From Eledone cirrhosa (taxonomy: Eukaryota): a stretch of 64,000 nucleotides of DNA. The stretch lies in the NCBI GenBank assembly GCA_964016885.1, contig OZ024741.1, positions 284,022,001 to 284,086,000 of the forward strand, written 5' to 3'. Made by a program: the position numbers and the translations under genes. This document shows positions 10,544 through 23,328 of this stretch, one piece after another (position 1 is the first letter of the stretch; the number at the start of each line of letters is the position of its first letter). Under the pieces are notes generated by a model. It did not search any database, was not told the origin of the DNA, and worked only from the letters and a program-made list of their open reading frames with translations.

Positions 10544-13470
10544 ATGACAATGCCAAAGATAACGACAAATTCACCTCATGCTGCCGGACGAAAGGGCAAG
10601 GCCCCCTCCTCTTTGTTTCGGCCGCGGATGGCCAACATAACCCCAACCCCATCCCCCTCACCCATCCCTGCGCCCCATCCTCCAAACACAATCCAAAACT
10701 TCAGAGTTGGTACCATAAATGTAGGCACCTTAAAAGGCTGCTCTAACGAGGTTGTAGAAATGCTTGAACGTAAGGAGGTTGATGTTTGCTGTATCCAAGA
10801 GACCAGGTGGAGGGGCGGGTCTGCTAGATTCATTGTGGGTAAAAAATGTTGCTATAAGCTTTTCTGGGTGGGAAATGACAATGGGATAGGTGGGGTAGGA
10901 ATCATGTTAGCAGAAAAATGGGTGGATAAGATAATAGATGTAAATAGAGTAAATGACAGAATAATTAAAATAAGACTTGTTCTAAATAGAACTACTGTGA
11001 CAGTAATATCGGCATATGCGCCCCAATCCGGACTGCCTGGCGCTATAAAAGACAGATTCTATGAGACACTGATGCTCACTACCTCCCAAATAACCGACAG
11101 TGACTATATAATTATTGCTGGTGACCTAAATGGCCACGTTGGTCAACATTGTTACGGCTATGACGGAATCCACGGAGGCTATGGGTTTGGTACTAGAAAT
11201 GAGGAAGGCTCCAGAATCCTGGAATTCTGTGATGCAAATAACCTAACTATCTGTAACACTAACTTCAAAAAACGAGACAATCACTTGATCACCTACAGAT
11301 CAGGGGAACATACCAGCCAGGTAGATTATATCCTTACCAGAAGACGTGACAGAGTGTCTGTTGTAAACACTAAATCCCTCCCCCATGAAGAATGCACCTC
11401 CCAACATAGACTGATAATTAGCGACCTCATAGTCAGGACGAGACGTACTCGACAGCAGAAGAGGACTATCCTCAGGAGAAAAATATGGAAGCTAAAGGAC
11501 CCCACAGCCAGAAATAAATTTAAAAGCATATTACTTGATGCTTTCGACAGTAAGGAAGAGCAATTAGAGTTGTACAATATAGAGGAACAGTGGAAATTCC
11601 TGAAAGCAAACCTTCTGATGGCGGCAGACGAAGTCTGTGGCTGGAGCAGGCCTGTAGGCAGGAGAGTAACATGGTGGTGGAACAGTAAGGTGGAGGAGTC
11701 AATTAAGACCAAAAAGCAGGCTTGGAAAGTATGGCGGGAGGGGGGAAGTAGAGAAGACTATCAAGTGGCCAGGAGGGAAGCTAGGAGACAAGTGTACTTC
11801 GCAAGAAGGGAAGCAGAGGAAAGAAATTCAAGCATGTTCTACAACGCGAGGACCAAAAACGTGAGGTGTTCAGGATTGCTAGGCAATGTGTCAAGGAAAA
11901 CCGTGATATTGTCGGGGAGAAGTGTGTACTTAATGATGACGGCGTACTTGCCATCACCGACGCTGATAAGAAGGTAGCTTGGAAGTGTCACTATGAAAGG
12001 CTACTAAATGAGGAGAATAAATGGGAGAAAAACAGTCTCCCCCACATCGACCCAATAGAGGGACCAGCAGTGTTAGTCGAGGGTAGTATAATAAGTAAGG
12101 CAATCAAAGATATGAAGACGGGTAAGGCGGCTGGGCCTTCGGAAATAGTTGCTGAGATGCTGAAGGCATCTGGTACGGTGGGACACACCATGGTCACCCG
12201 CATAGTTAACCAAGTCGTACAGAATGGGGTTGTTCCGAAGGACTGGCGTAGCAGCATCATCATTAACTGCTACATGGGTAAAGGAGACGCCCTAGATAGG
12301 AGTAACTATAGAGGCATTAAATTAATCGACCAGGTCATGAAGGTCACGGAAAAAGTAATAGCGCAACTAATCAGAGAGAGAATCGATCTAGATGAAATGC
12401 AGTTCGGGTTTGTGTCAGGCAAAAGTACCACAGACGCTCTTTTCATTGTACGACAACTACAGGAGAAGTACCTAGCTAAAAGTAAACCCCTATACTTAGC
12501 TTTCGTCGACATGGAGAAGGCCTTCGACAGAGTCCCCCGTTCCATTATCTGGTGGGCTCTTAGAAAACTAGGTGTTGATGAATGGCTTGTGAGAGCTATA
12601 CAAGCCATGTATAAAGAAACAGTCAGCAAGGTTAGAATTAACAACGAATATAGTGAAGAGTTTAGCGTAAAAGTTGGTGTTCATCAGGGCTCTGTTCTTA
12701 GCCCCCTACTATTTATTATTGCCCTTCAGGCTATAACAGTGGAGTTCAAGACCGGCTGCCCATGGGAACTCCTATACGCAGATGATCTAACGCTCATAGC
12801 TGAATCAATGGCCGAGCTGGAGAAGAAATTCCAAACATGGAAGCACGGCCTAGAATCAAAAGGCCTTAAAATTAACCTGGCTAAGACCAAAGTTCTAGTT
12901 TGTAGGAAAGAAAATAAGGCGCCGGTCCCTTCCGGGAAATGGCCATCCTCAGTGTGTAGGAAAGGCGTAGGTAGAAACTCCATTCCGACCTCACACACTT
13001 ACACCTCTCCAAGACAATGTCACTGGACCGAGATCTTTGGCGGCACTCAGTAATAGAGAAGACCCGCCTTACCTAAATACAAAGTAAAACCTACTACAGC
13101 CAGTAGGCATCTCTAACAAAATACACCCCCATCCCACCACCCCCACACCCATCCACACCGCCCCTTTCAATGTAAAGTTATGTTGGTGCCACAACATCCA
13201 GGCCGAAACAAATGAGATCGTGTAGGTGTCACGACAAAAAAAAACACAGTCCACGCTGTAATGTGGCCGTGTAGGCAACACGGTAAAAACCTCCCAGTCC
13301 CACACTGTAAATGTGGTTGGTGTTAGGAAGGGCATCCAGCTGTAGAAAACCCGCCAGACAGTCCTATGCAAGCAAGACAACCACTCTTGCCTCAAGTGGA
13401 AAAACTCCCGTCCAAACCCATGCAAGCGTGGAACATGGACGTTAAACGATGATGATGATGATGATGATGA
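10544..13470 (+). mobile_element. RTE-clade LINE (family A): APE endonuclease and RT, frameshifted, C-terminal deletion, (GAT)n tail
   Basis: APE motifs GTINVGTL, CIQETRW, SAYAPQ, GDLNGH and SQHR. RT motifs YRGIKL, KAFD, GVHQGSVLSP and LLYADD. Frameshift near 11825. Confidence 0.95.
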
Positions 13471-13617
13471 CTTCAACTCTTTCATTACACACACAAAGAC
13501 ATCATCATCACTGTTTAATGTCCATTTTTCCATGCTAGCATGGGTTAGCTGAGTTGTCCCGTTGTGAGACAAGTCAGATCAGATGACCATGTCATGCTCA
13601 TACAGAACTATATATAT

Positions 13618-13975
13618 ATCATCATCATCATCATTTTACGTCCGCTTTTCCCTGCTTACAAGGGTGGGTCGGGAACTGATTCTGGCTTGATTTCTACAGC
13701 TGGATGCCTTTCCTAACACCAACCTCATTTACAGTGAGTGGTGGGTGCTTTATTTCCGTGGCGCCTACACGTTCACTTTACAGTGTGGGCTGGGTACTTT
13801 TTTGCCATGACACCTCCATGACCACTTTGCAGTGGAATGATAGGGTTCCCAGTCCCTATCATCTCATTTCTACAGCTGAGTAAACTGGAGCAATGTGAAA
13901 TAAAGTGTCTTGCTCAAGGAAACAACAGCAAGACACTTTATTTCACATTGCTCCAGTTTACTCAGCTGTAGAAAT
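13618..13975 (-). mobile_element. 5'-truncated CORE-type SINE with RTE-like tail and a 49-bp terminal inversion
   Basis: Reverse-complement match to 49208-49540. Perfect inverted repeat 13866-13914/13927-13975. Confidence 0.8.
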
Positions 13976-13981
13976 AAGAGG

Positions 13982-13986
13982 ATATA

Positions 13987-14070
<84 letters not shown>
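13982..14070. repeat. (TA)n-(GA)n compound microsatellite
   Basis: Visible in sequence. Confidence 0.95.
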
Positions 14071-14075
<5 letters not shown>

Positions 14076-14118
14076 AAAAGTCGAAATCAATGTTGCAGCA
14101 AATGTACAAACTTTATTT

Positions 14119-14208
14119 GCATATTACAATTGTTTCGATATCAATCTGCTCAGGGTACAATCAAGGTGATGGGGCCCCAACTCTTTTTCGACATTTCATC
14201 AGATATGC
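14119..14208 (-). ncRNA. Minimal type I hammerhead ribozyme, near intact
   Basis: Minus strand reads gcatat-CTGATGA-[long stem II aatgtc...gatatc]-GAAA-caattg-TA-atatgc, then AATAAA. Stem I is 6 bp and loop III is palindromic. One mismatch at the base of stem II. Confidence 0.7.
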
Positions 14209-14244
14209 GATCTTATAATCTGATGAAATGTTGAAATAGATTGT

Positions 14245-15290
14245 ACTCATTACCAACTCTCACTCTGCTGGTTGCTCTTCTATACATGGCCTGTATAGCC
14301 CTCACAAGCCATTTATCTACACCTAGCTTCCTAAGTTCGCACCAGGTTATAGAGCATGGTACCCTTTCAAAGCCTTCTCCAGATCTAAAAATGCTAGATA
14401 CAGTGGCTTACCCTTAGCTAAGTACTTCTGTAGTTGTCTCACCAGAAAGCGGGCATAAATCCAAACTACATCTCATCTAATTTGATTCTTTCCTTAATTA
14501 GTTGTGCTATAACCGTTTCAGCAACTTTCAAGACTTGGTCCATCAACTGTAGTTACTTCTCTCTAGTGCATCTCCTTTGCCCTTGCAGCAATTTATGATA
14601 ATACTGCTGCACCAGTCATTGGATATGACACCATCCTGAACTACTTGGTTAACTATGTGTCTGATTAGCTCATATCCTACTATGACAGATGCTTTTAACA
14701 TCTCAGTGACTATACCAGATGGTCCAGCTGCTTTCCCTACCATCATGTCTTTAATTGCTTTATCTGCCATACTGCTGTCAACTTTCATGGCTGGTCCCTC
14801 AGTAGGGTCTGCATGCAGTAGGCCCTCCCTGTCCCATTAATTTTCCTCATTCAGCAACCCCTCATAATTTGTCTTCCATACTTCCTTCTTTTCAGTGTCA
14901 GACAGGGCAAGTACTCCACTATCATTTCAGACACACTTTCTTTTCTCCAACCACATTACTATTTTCTCTAGCATACTATCACATGATCCTGAAGACTTAA
15001 TGCTGCTGATCTTTTTTATACAGAACATGTATAAACTTTTTCTTTTCTGCCCCTCCCCTAGCTAGATATACTTGGCACCTGACCTCCCTTCTAGTTATCT
15101 AAAATTGCTTTGTGTCTCCGCCATTTCTCCATTTTCTCCAGGTTTGTCTTTCTGTTTTAATGGCTCATTCTACCTTGCCATTCCACCAACATGCCACCTT
15201 CCATCTTGCTCTAGCCACAGAACTGGCTCATGGCTTCCAACAGGTTGTCTCAGAAATTCTCAAGTTTTTCTCAATGCTATATGTCCCTAA
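14245..15290 (-). mobile_element. Degenerate RTE LINE RT fragment, a third and more diverged family
   Basis: KAAGPSGIVTEMLKAS...GKGDALERSNY is homologous to 11866-13053. Confidence 0.85.
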
Positions 15291-16203
15291 CTCCTCTGCC
15301 TTATTGTCATAGGCATTAAAAATAGCAAGTTAAAAATATGCTGGCAGACAGGAACCATTCCTTGCAATGGTGAAAAGAGGAAGCTTACCAGCCACAACTC
15401 CTTGTGCAAAACCTTCAAGGTACAGCCAGTGAAGGGGTAGAAAAGAGGCAGACAAAGAAAATCCTGGTCTGACATTATGAAAGATTGGACTGGTCACAAG
15501 ACCAGAATAGAAATCAATGGTGACATCTGACTGCAAAAGCATCTAGAGTGGCACTCCAATGATTGGCTGCACCAATGGCACATCTAGAGTGGCACCCCAA
15601 TGACTGGCTGCATCAATTGTTGGAACATGATGTTGATGATGTATAAATGCATCTATGCATGTTGTATTTATGTTTTGTTTAGTCCTAAGTCAGCCATGAT
15701 TCAGCTACCTATGATCGAAGGTATTCCAGATATGATTATCCTGTCCTTTTTGCAAACATAGTGTATCTGGGACTATATAATCCAATGTGACTTTTATTAT
15801 TTTTGTTGTTTTTTTTGTAAACACAGTAGTGCATTTTACTGAAAGATTCAGCTGCTATTTCTAGAGGCTTCCTCATTGTCTTGTTGTTGTTAATGTTATT
15901 GTTGCTGTTTAGCCTCTAAGCATTGCTGATCTCTGAGTCCTATGATTAAAGGAGTTCCAGCCATGACATCCTGTTTTTTTTTTTGTTTTTTTTTTCAAAC
16001 ACAGTATATCTAGGTCTACATTTTTTAAATTTGTTTCTCCAGTTTTAAAATGGAAGAGAATAATTTGTTAGATGTGGCTTCAGTTACTAGCCAGTCGAGT
16101 AACTGCATAGAGATATAAATGATACAGCAATTGCTGTGCCTTCAAGTGGATATATAAAATAAATTTCATGAACAACAAATAAATCAAGAGCTGGAAAACT
16201 CAC

Positions 16204-16565
16204 GGCTCTTTGGACCTGTCGGAGTTAGTTGTCTTTCTTCTGTTGGGTTCGAGGTAATTGTTAATGATGATGTTGTTGATGACATTGATGATGATGATGG
16301 TAACAATGACAGTGATGATGATGAAGATGACAACGATGATGGCAATGATAAAGAAGAGGGAGAAAGGGAGGAGGAGGAGGAGGAGGAGAAGGACGTGGTG
16401 GTGGTGGTGGGTGAGAATAAGGCGGGGGAGGAGGTGGTGGGTGAGGGGGAGGAGGTGGTGGGGGAGGAGGAGGAGGAGGAGGAGGAGGGGGAAAAGGGGG
16501 TGGTGGAAGAGGAGGAGTGGGAAAAGGTGGAGGAGGGGAGAGAAGGGGAGGAGGGGGAGGATGGA

Positions 16566-16607
<42 letters not shown>

Positions 16608-16677
16608 GACAGTGACGATGATGGTGATGGTGACTGACTTGTAGAAGGTTTTGTTACTGCTGGACGCTTCTTTATTG
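16204..16677 (-). CDS. Host exon encoding a Ser/Pro/Thr-rich mucin-like stalk (phase 1-1)
   Basis: Branch-like ctaat, polypyrimidine tract and aag|CA acceptor. Donor C|GTGAGT. Length 474 nt is a multiple of 3. Reads IKKRPAVTKPSTSQSPSPSSSLSKSSSS...ITSNPTEERQLTPTGPKS. Phase matches exon 9842. Confidence 0.8.
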
Positions 16678-17339
16678 CTTTGAGGAGGGAAAAAAATAAA
16701 AATATCCATTAGCAGGTATGTGTATGTGTTTGTGTGTGCCAATGTGTATGTGTATGTATGTATATATGTATGTGTATATGTATGTATTTATTTATGTATA
16801 TATACATGTGTGTATCTGTGTTTGTGTGTGCATATGTATATGCATACATATATACATTAATGCATATGTATTTGCATGTATGTACATATGTATGTAGGCA
16901 TATATATATAAATGTGCATGTATGTATGTTTCAATTCAAATATGTATGTGTGTATGTTTGTGTGCCTGCATTTATGTATGTATGAGTCTGTATATGTATG
17001 TATATGTGTATGTATGTAAGTATGTTCTTGTTTTATAATTTTATAAATCTTTACCAATGGAGAGAGAGTCTGTTTCTAACATAGACACAAGACTCTTTCA
17101 CTGGAATTTAAACAGTATCAACTATGTAGATACATCTGCATGTCTGCATGCATGTGTGTGTGTGCACAGGTATGGATGTTAGTGTGTGTGCAGGTATGAA
17201 TGTTATTGTATATGTGGATGTGGATATTTTGAGTTATATGTGTGCATGTGCATATGCTTAGTATCTGTACATGTGTACATTCAGTTATTACATGTAGAAT
17301 GTTTGGAATGTTTTACATATTTTTACTGATCCATTGGAT

Positions 17340-18085
17340 TCATCATCATCATCATCATCATCAACGTTTAACGTCCGTGTTCCACGCTTGCATGGGTTTG
17401 GACGGGGGTATTCCCACTTGAGGCAAGAGTGATTGTCTTGCTCGCATAGGACTGTCTGGCAGGTTTTCTACAGTTGGATGCCCTTCCTAACACCAACCAC
17501 ATTTACAGTGTGGGTCTGGGAGGTTTTTACCGTGTTGCCTACACGGCCACATTACAGCGTGGACTGTGTGTTTTTTTGTCGTGACACCTACACGATCTCA
17601 TTTGTTTCGGCCTGGATGGTGTGGCACCAACATAACTTTACATAGAAGGGGGTGGTGTGGATGAGGTGGGGGTGGTGGGACGGGGTGTATTTTGTTAGAG
17701 ATGCCTACTGGCTGTAGTAGGTTTTACTATGTATTTAGGTAAGGCGGGTCTTCTCTATTACTGAGTACCGCCAAAGGTCTCGGTCCAGTGACATTGTCTT
17801 GGAGAGGTGTAAGTGTGTGAGGTCGGAGTTTATCAGCTCGTCCCAGTTTTTTCTAGGTCTGCCTATTCCGTGGCTACCGTCTATCTTTATTGCCCTGCAC
17901 TTTGTTATACAGCTATCGGCTTTCATGCGCATCACGTGTCCATACCAACGTAGCCTTCTCTCGAGTAAACAACATCTGATCCCTCTTATTTCTAATTTTT
18001 TCCTTAGTTCGTTTATGCTTTGCCGTTCACGTATATTACTATTACACATCCAGCGGAGCATGCAAGCATGCAAGCTTCGTTCCTG
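17340..18085 (-). mobile_element. 3' fragment of RTE family A
   Basis: ACMLRWMC...RRLRWYGHVMRM...GRPRKNW, a 3' UTR nearly identical to 13050-13470, and a (GAT)n tail. Confidence 0.92.
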
Positions 18086-20186
18086 GATTGTATTTATAAT
18101 GTCCTAACTAGTTGTGTTCTTTCTGTTTCTGTGAAGCCCACCTTCTCAAGATTTGGACTGAGACAGTTACTAACATATCCCAGTGCCCCAATAATCACAG
18201 GTATAAATCTAAAGGTATAGTCAGGGTGGAGTATCTGCAGATTCCTCATTAGTTCTGCATAAATATTCTCTTTTTTGCTAATCTTTAATATTATATTGGT
18301 ATCTGCTGGGCAGCTAACTTCCACTACCGTGCATGCCTTCTTTTCCCTGTCCCATATCATTATATCTGGTCTGTTATGCCTGCATTTTATTAGGGTTTTA
18401 ACTGGAACATTCCACCAGTACTCTTTCATATTATGTTGGTGTATATATTCCACATTGCTGTAACTTTTAATGTTTATTGTCGGGGCTATTCTTTCTATGG
18501 ATTGCATTGTATAGTGTTTGGGTCACTACATCATGCCTCATAGAAAGATAGTACCGTGATAACATCTTTGGACAGCTCATTATGACATGGGTGACATCTT
18601 TGATGTTAATTCTGCAGAGTTTGCATTAGTTGCCACATCTAGATGTTTTGCCTGCATCCTTATCTCTTTTGTGAATCAGGTATTTTGTATTGATTTCCTG
18701 TTCTTGAATTGTAAAAGCGTATCCTACAAAGTGAGAGCCAATATAGCAGTTGTTGATCCAAGATAGACTACTTTTCTTACTCTCACTCTGGAGTTTCCTG
18801 GTATGCATGATTGTTTTGCTAAGCATGTAGTTTTTCATCCATGGATTCACTACAATTGCTGGTCAATTTCTCTGGGTGTGGGTTTTTGATTATCATACAG
18901 GGAGTATCTTTCAAGGAGTTCCTTACCAACTCACATGATCTTATCTGTCTCATGCTGACAGACTTGCTCAATAGATGGGCTCCTACACTTGGAGATTTGT
19001 AGATGTTGTTGAAGGGATATGATGCAACACTTAAATGCTGTCTGCACCGATGTTAGGCCTCTGCCTCACTGCTTACATTTCAAGTAGAGGCAGTCTATGA
19101 CACTGTTGATGTGTAAATTTCCAGTGTTGTTTAGGATTTTTCGGGTTTTAACATCATTTACTCATCTGCCATCCAAACGAGTATTCCAAACATTAATGTT
19201 GGGACAGGCAGAGCAAACACATTATGAGCCACTGTTTTATTGTATGCAGAGATTTTAGATGATCATATTTTTCTTAATCGGATGTAATATTCCCTGGTTA
19301 CATGTTCCTTGTTACAAGTACCATTATAGGATATATTCTCTTTCTATCCCCTGGTATCTGTAGCTGTCCTCATCAGATATCGGTGAAATAGATAGACAAT
19401 TGGTAAAAATGTTGCTATATTGGGTTGTAGTTTCTCCCTGCTTTACAATCATATATGAACATTTAAACTCCATTCCTTTGAGAACATTGTAACCAGGTCA
19501 AGATTTTTCTTCATCCCATTTATGTTCTTGACATAGAGTTTCAGGTTATCCACAAAGAAATTATGGGTTCGTATTTCTGTTCTCCTGTGAGCCAATGATA
19601 TATACTTTACATTTCTTGAGCAGAAAAGACAAGGGGTTTAATGACTGGATAAATAGTAGCACTGAGAGACTGTCTCCCTGAAATATACCCCTGTGATATT
19701 CTATTTTATCAGTGAAAATAGAGTCCTCCTTCTCTGTCTTTAACTTTAAGATAGTAGCCCAAGAAAGATAGCTTCTCTATGGCTCTGATAATAGTGTCTG
19801 GGACTTTAGCAAGTTGGAGGGCCTCTATCATCCAAGAGTGGGAAACAGAATTGAATGTTTTCCTGTAGTCCAACCAGACTGTAACCATATTCCTCCTAAG
19901 TTGTCCTCTGATATTGTGGTTTTGTTAATTAGAAGTTGTTCAGCACAACCCCAAACACTTTTCTTACCAGCTGCTTACTCATCTGTGATGTTATTACTGT
20001 CACAGTGATCTTGGAGAAATGGGTTCAGGCAGGTTGTATACATTTTATACATCAGGTTCTAACATGCAATGGGTCAGTAGTTTTGTGCCAAGTGGAAGTC
20101 TTTGTTCTTGGGGACTTGTATTGTTTGTGCTAATGTCAACCACCCTGGTATATGTGCATCTCTCATGAGAGCTTGCTGGTTGAGGT
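18086..20186 (-). mobile_element. Dong/R4 element, 3' part (degenerate RT, zinc finger, RLE)
   Basis: HNRPDIMIWDREKKACTVVEVSCP (RLE), GYAFTIQEQEINTKY, and RT remnants (IFQGDSLS, EQAAGKKSVWGCAEQLLINK). Confidence 0.85.
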
Positions 20187-20629
20187 TGTAGTGACCCATA
20201 GCGGTGAAATCCAGAACTCATGAGAGTTACGTCCCTTGGGGACTGTAGTGACCCCTAGTGTCAACAACAGAAGTAAATGGAGTTACGTCCCCATGGGGTC
20301 TATATAGAGAGGCAGCCAGAGCGCTCTATCTCTTTTCCACTCATAGAACCCCTGGAGAACAGCGGCGACTTCGCCTCCTCCACTTCAGCCTTCACCCACG
20401 ACACGTGAAGTGCAAATATCAGCCTACTCCAGTGAACATGTTAAGAGCAACTCTTTTTTACTACCAACAGACCGCATGAACCAACTACACCATTACATCA
20501 TCAACCTTCACAACTTGTGGTAATATGTTTATTGTCCTTTCTTTGACTTCAATGAAGTAAACCTTTGTATATAAACCAAAAAGCCAATTCTTGTTATTTC
20601 AACAACAACTATTATCTGTACTAATACCA
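20187..20629 (+). repeat. 5' LTR
   Basis: TG...CA direct repeat of 25249-25674, with an internal ~57-bp duplication at its start. Confidence 0.9.
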
Positions 20630-20640
20630 TTGTTCGAAAG

Positions 20641-20652
20641 TGGTGACCCCGA
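20641..20652 (+). promoter_or_regulatory. Primer binding site, tRNA-Trp type
   Basis: TGGTGACCCCGA is complementary to the tRNA-Trp 3' end (..UCGGGGUCACCA) and lies just after the 5' LTR. Confidence 0.8.
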
Positions 20653-20907
20653 AAAGAAAATACGAAGTGGTATTATAAAAAAAAAAAAAAATTCATAGAA
20701 AACAACACGCTTTTTGCTTCTGATATGGCTTCATTTACCGATCACATAAGGAAGAGAAAACTGAACCTTTTGTTAAGAACAATTATGTAAATATTTATAA
20801 ATATTTCATATCTCCAAAGAAATACGGTTTTAGGAAGCCGTAGCTATGCAAACACCGGGAGGGGGGGCTAACGCCCTCTGGTGATGTCCAGCAGAAGCAA
20901 GGAGGAC

Positions 20908-20953
20908 AACCGTCTATGCATTTCAGGCTTAACTGGCCTTCGTCAGGACGGTC
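20908..20953 (-). ncRNA. Minimal type I hammerhead ribozyme
   Basis: Reverse complement of 21219-21264 with the core intact. Confidence 0.85.
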
Positions 20954-21218
20954 CCTCCCACCGCTTGCGACTGATGGAGTAGAAGACGGTGTTTGCATAG
21001 CTACGGCTTCCTAAAACCGTATTTCTTTGGAGATACGAAATATGTATACATATTGTATAAAGCTATGCTTGAAGCGAAATCCTATTTCTTTTTTATTATA
21101 AGTTGAGCCAACTTATGCAGTTTCATATGCTAATGAGATTAATCACCTCGTTTACACAGACGAGAAAAGTATATATTCTCGCTTGACTGCTAGTCCAGCA
21201 GTCGCAAGCAGTGGGAGG

Positions 21219-21264
21219 GACCGTCCTGACGAAGGCCAGTTAAGCCTGAAATGCATAGACGGTT
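21219..21264 (+). ncRNA. Minimal type I hammerhead ribozyme
   Basis: gaccgtc-CTGACGA-aggc(cagttaa)gcct-GAAA-tgca-TA-gacggtt. Complete core, 7-bp stem I (one G-U), 4-bp stem II, palindromic ATGCAT stem/loop III. Confidence 0.88.
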
Positions 21265-22314
21265 GTCCCCCTTGCTTCTGCTGGACATCACCAGAGGGCG
21301 TTAGCCCCCCGGTGTTTGCATAGCTACGGCTTCCTAAAACCGTATTTCTTTGGAGATACGAAATATTTATACATATTGTATAAAGCTATGCTTGAAGCGA
21401 AATCCTATTTCTTTTTTATGTAAATTTTTTTTTTCCTTCTTTTCCCTGCTCAAATTTTTGAAGATGTCAAGATGTCGGTTTTCTTCTCCATCAGTTTTTT
21501 TGGCGCGAAACTGTGCGCCATGTTGGTTTTTGTTTTAGGTTCGCTGTAAATGTAGTGTCAATGCCATTGATTAGTCACTCCCTTACACGTTATTTCGGAT
21601 GCATTCTTTTTCCTGTCCGGCTGTTTGACAGAAAAAAACAAGTGGATTTATTTTCTTTTTCCCTTGTGTCCGAGATATTTTTCTATACGGAGACGCATTT
21701 CGCCGCTTACTGAGATTGCACCAATGACATCTCATTCTTCTAAAGCCCTTGCCGCTGTTTCTCACCCAGCTCAGGCAACACCTGGCCATGCCACCTGCGC
21801 GGCAACTCATGCAGACAGCGCAGCTATAATGGCTATGCAGAAAGCCATTCTGGAACTCACCCTGGAGCTACAGAAGCTGAAGGCCTCTAGTGGTGCTCGT
21901 TCGCGCTCGCGCAGCCGCGGTAGATCTTACTCTTTCAGACACCGCCCCAGGTCACCAGCTTCATCTTTATGCTGGTACTGCGAGCGTTTTGCTGAGAACG
22001 CGAACCACTGTGTGCAGCCGTGTTCGTTTATGAAGTCGGGAAACGCCAGAGAGGTTCGCTGAGGGCGACAGTTGATCTCAGCGTAAAGCTACCAAACCGC
22101 CACTTCTTCATCAGGTACCTTATGTCTGGAGGAGGCTTCCTCGTGGATACAGGAGCCTCCTGTAGTATTTGGCCGTTCAATTGCTTAAAGGATACCCTTG
22201 TGGGGTCATCCGTTACTCTGCAGGTCGTTAACCACTCGCCTATAAAGACGTACGGACAAATCTCGCTTCCCCTCAAATTCCAAAATCTTCGCAGGGATTT
22301 TTACGGTAGCTGAC

Positions 22315-23328
22315 TTGCCATACCCAATCTTAGGAGCGGATTTCCTCCACAATTTCTCCTTGACTGTGGACGTCCGAGGCCAACGCCTGGTGGATGACAT
22401 CACCGGTCTCTCAATTCGGGGCCGAAAAGCCAATGCTCCCACGATCAGCCCAATATTCTTCATCGTTGCCGCTGGAGACGCCTACCATTCGTTGTTAGGA
22501 TCGTTCCCGAAGCTCACCGATGGAAATTTTCGAGTTACTGAGCCAACTCACTCAACCGAACATTTTATTTCCACAACCGGTGCTCCAGTATTTTCACGTC
22601 CACGTCGTTTACCGGCGGGCAAGTTAAAGGCAGCACGGTCGGAGTTCGACCATATGCTGGAGCTGGGCATTATTCGCCCATCTACGAGTCCTTGGGCTTC
22701 ACCGTTACATATGGTGCCCAAGACTTCTGGTGACTGGAGACCCACTGGGGATTATAGGAGGTTAAACGCGATGACCGTCCCGGATAGATATCCGATTCCC
22801 CATCTCCAGGATTTCGCATCTTCGCTGCAGGGTTGTAAGATTTTCTCTAAACTCGATTTAGTGCGAGCTTACCACCAAATTCCGGTCAGGAAGGAAGACA
22901 TTTCGAAAACAGCTATTACGACTCCTTTCGGATCCTTCGAATTTTTAACCATGCCTTTTGGACTCTGGAATGCCGCTAGCACTTTTCAGCGGTTCATAGA
23001 CGAGGTCACTCGTGGTCTGGCCTTCGTTTATGCATATATAGATGATCTTCTCGTCGCTAGTTCCTCTCCAGAAGAGCATATGCATCACCTGAACCTTTTA
23101 TTTCGCCGACTCCAGGATTACCGCGTTCGAGTGAATCCCGCAAAGTGTGTTTTCGGATCCGCTTCACTGAATTTTTTAGGTCACATCATCGACGCCGAGC
23201 GTATTCGACCCCTTCCGCTGCGAGTTAAGGCTATACAGGATTTACCTCCGCCTACTACACTTCACCAGTTGCGTCACTTCTTAGGTCTAATCAATTTTTA
23301 TAGACGTTTCGTTCCTCTATGTGCCTAA
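22315..23328 (+). pseudogene. Gypsy pol: protease end and reverse transcriptase, premature stop
   Basis: [40 protein letters not shown]. Confidence 0.92.

Larger units (their letters stand above)
20796..21419. mobile_element. Hammerhead-bearing Penelope pLTR-like or retrozyme-like insert (inverted plus partial tandem copies)
   Basis: 20796-20973 is an inverted copy of 21199-21371. 20987-21097 is a direct copy of 21310-21419 (323-bp period). Confidence 0.75.

Noticed and set aside
16200-16742. ORF-track products (poly-I/L/H, poly-R/M, poly-E/D)
   Set aside because: These are alternative frames of a low-complexity exon. Only the Ser/Pro-rich minus frame is bounded by proper splice sites.
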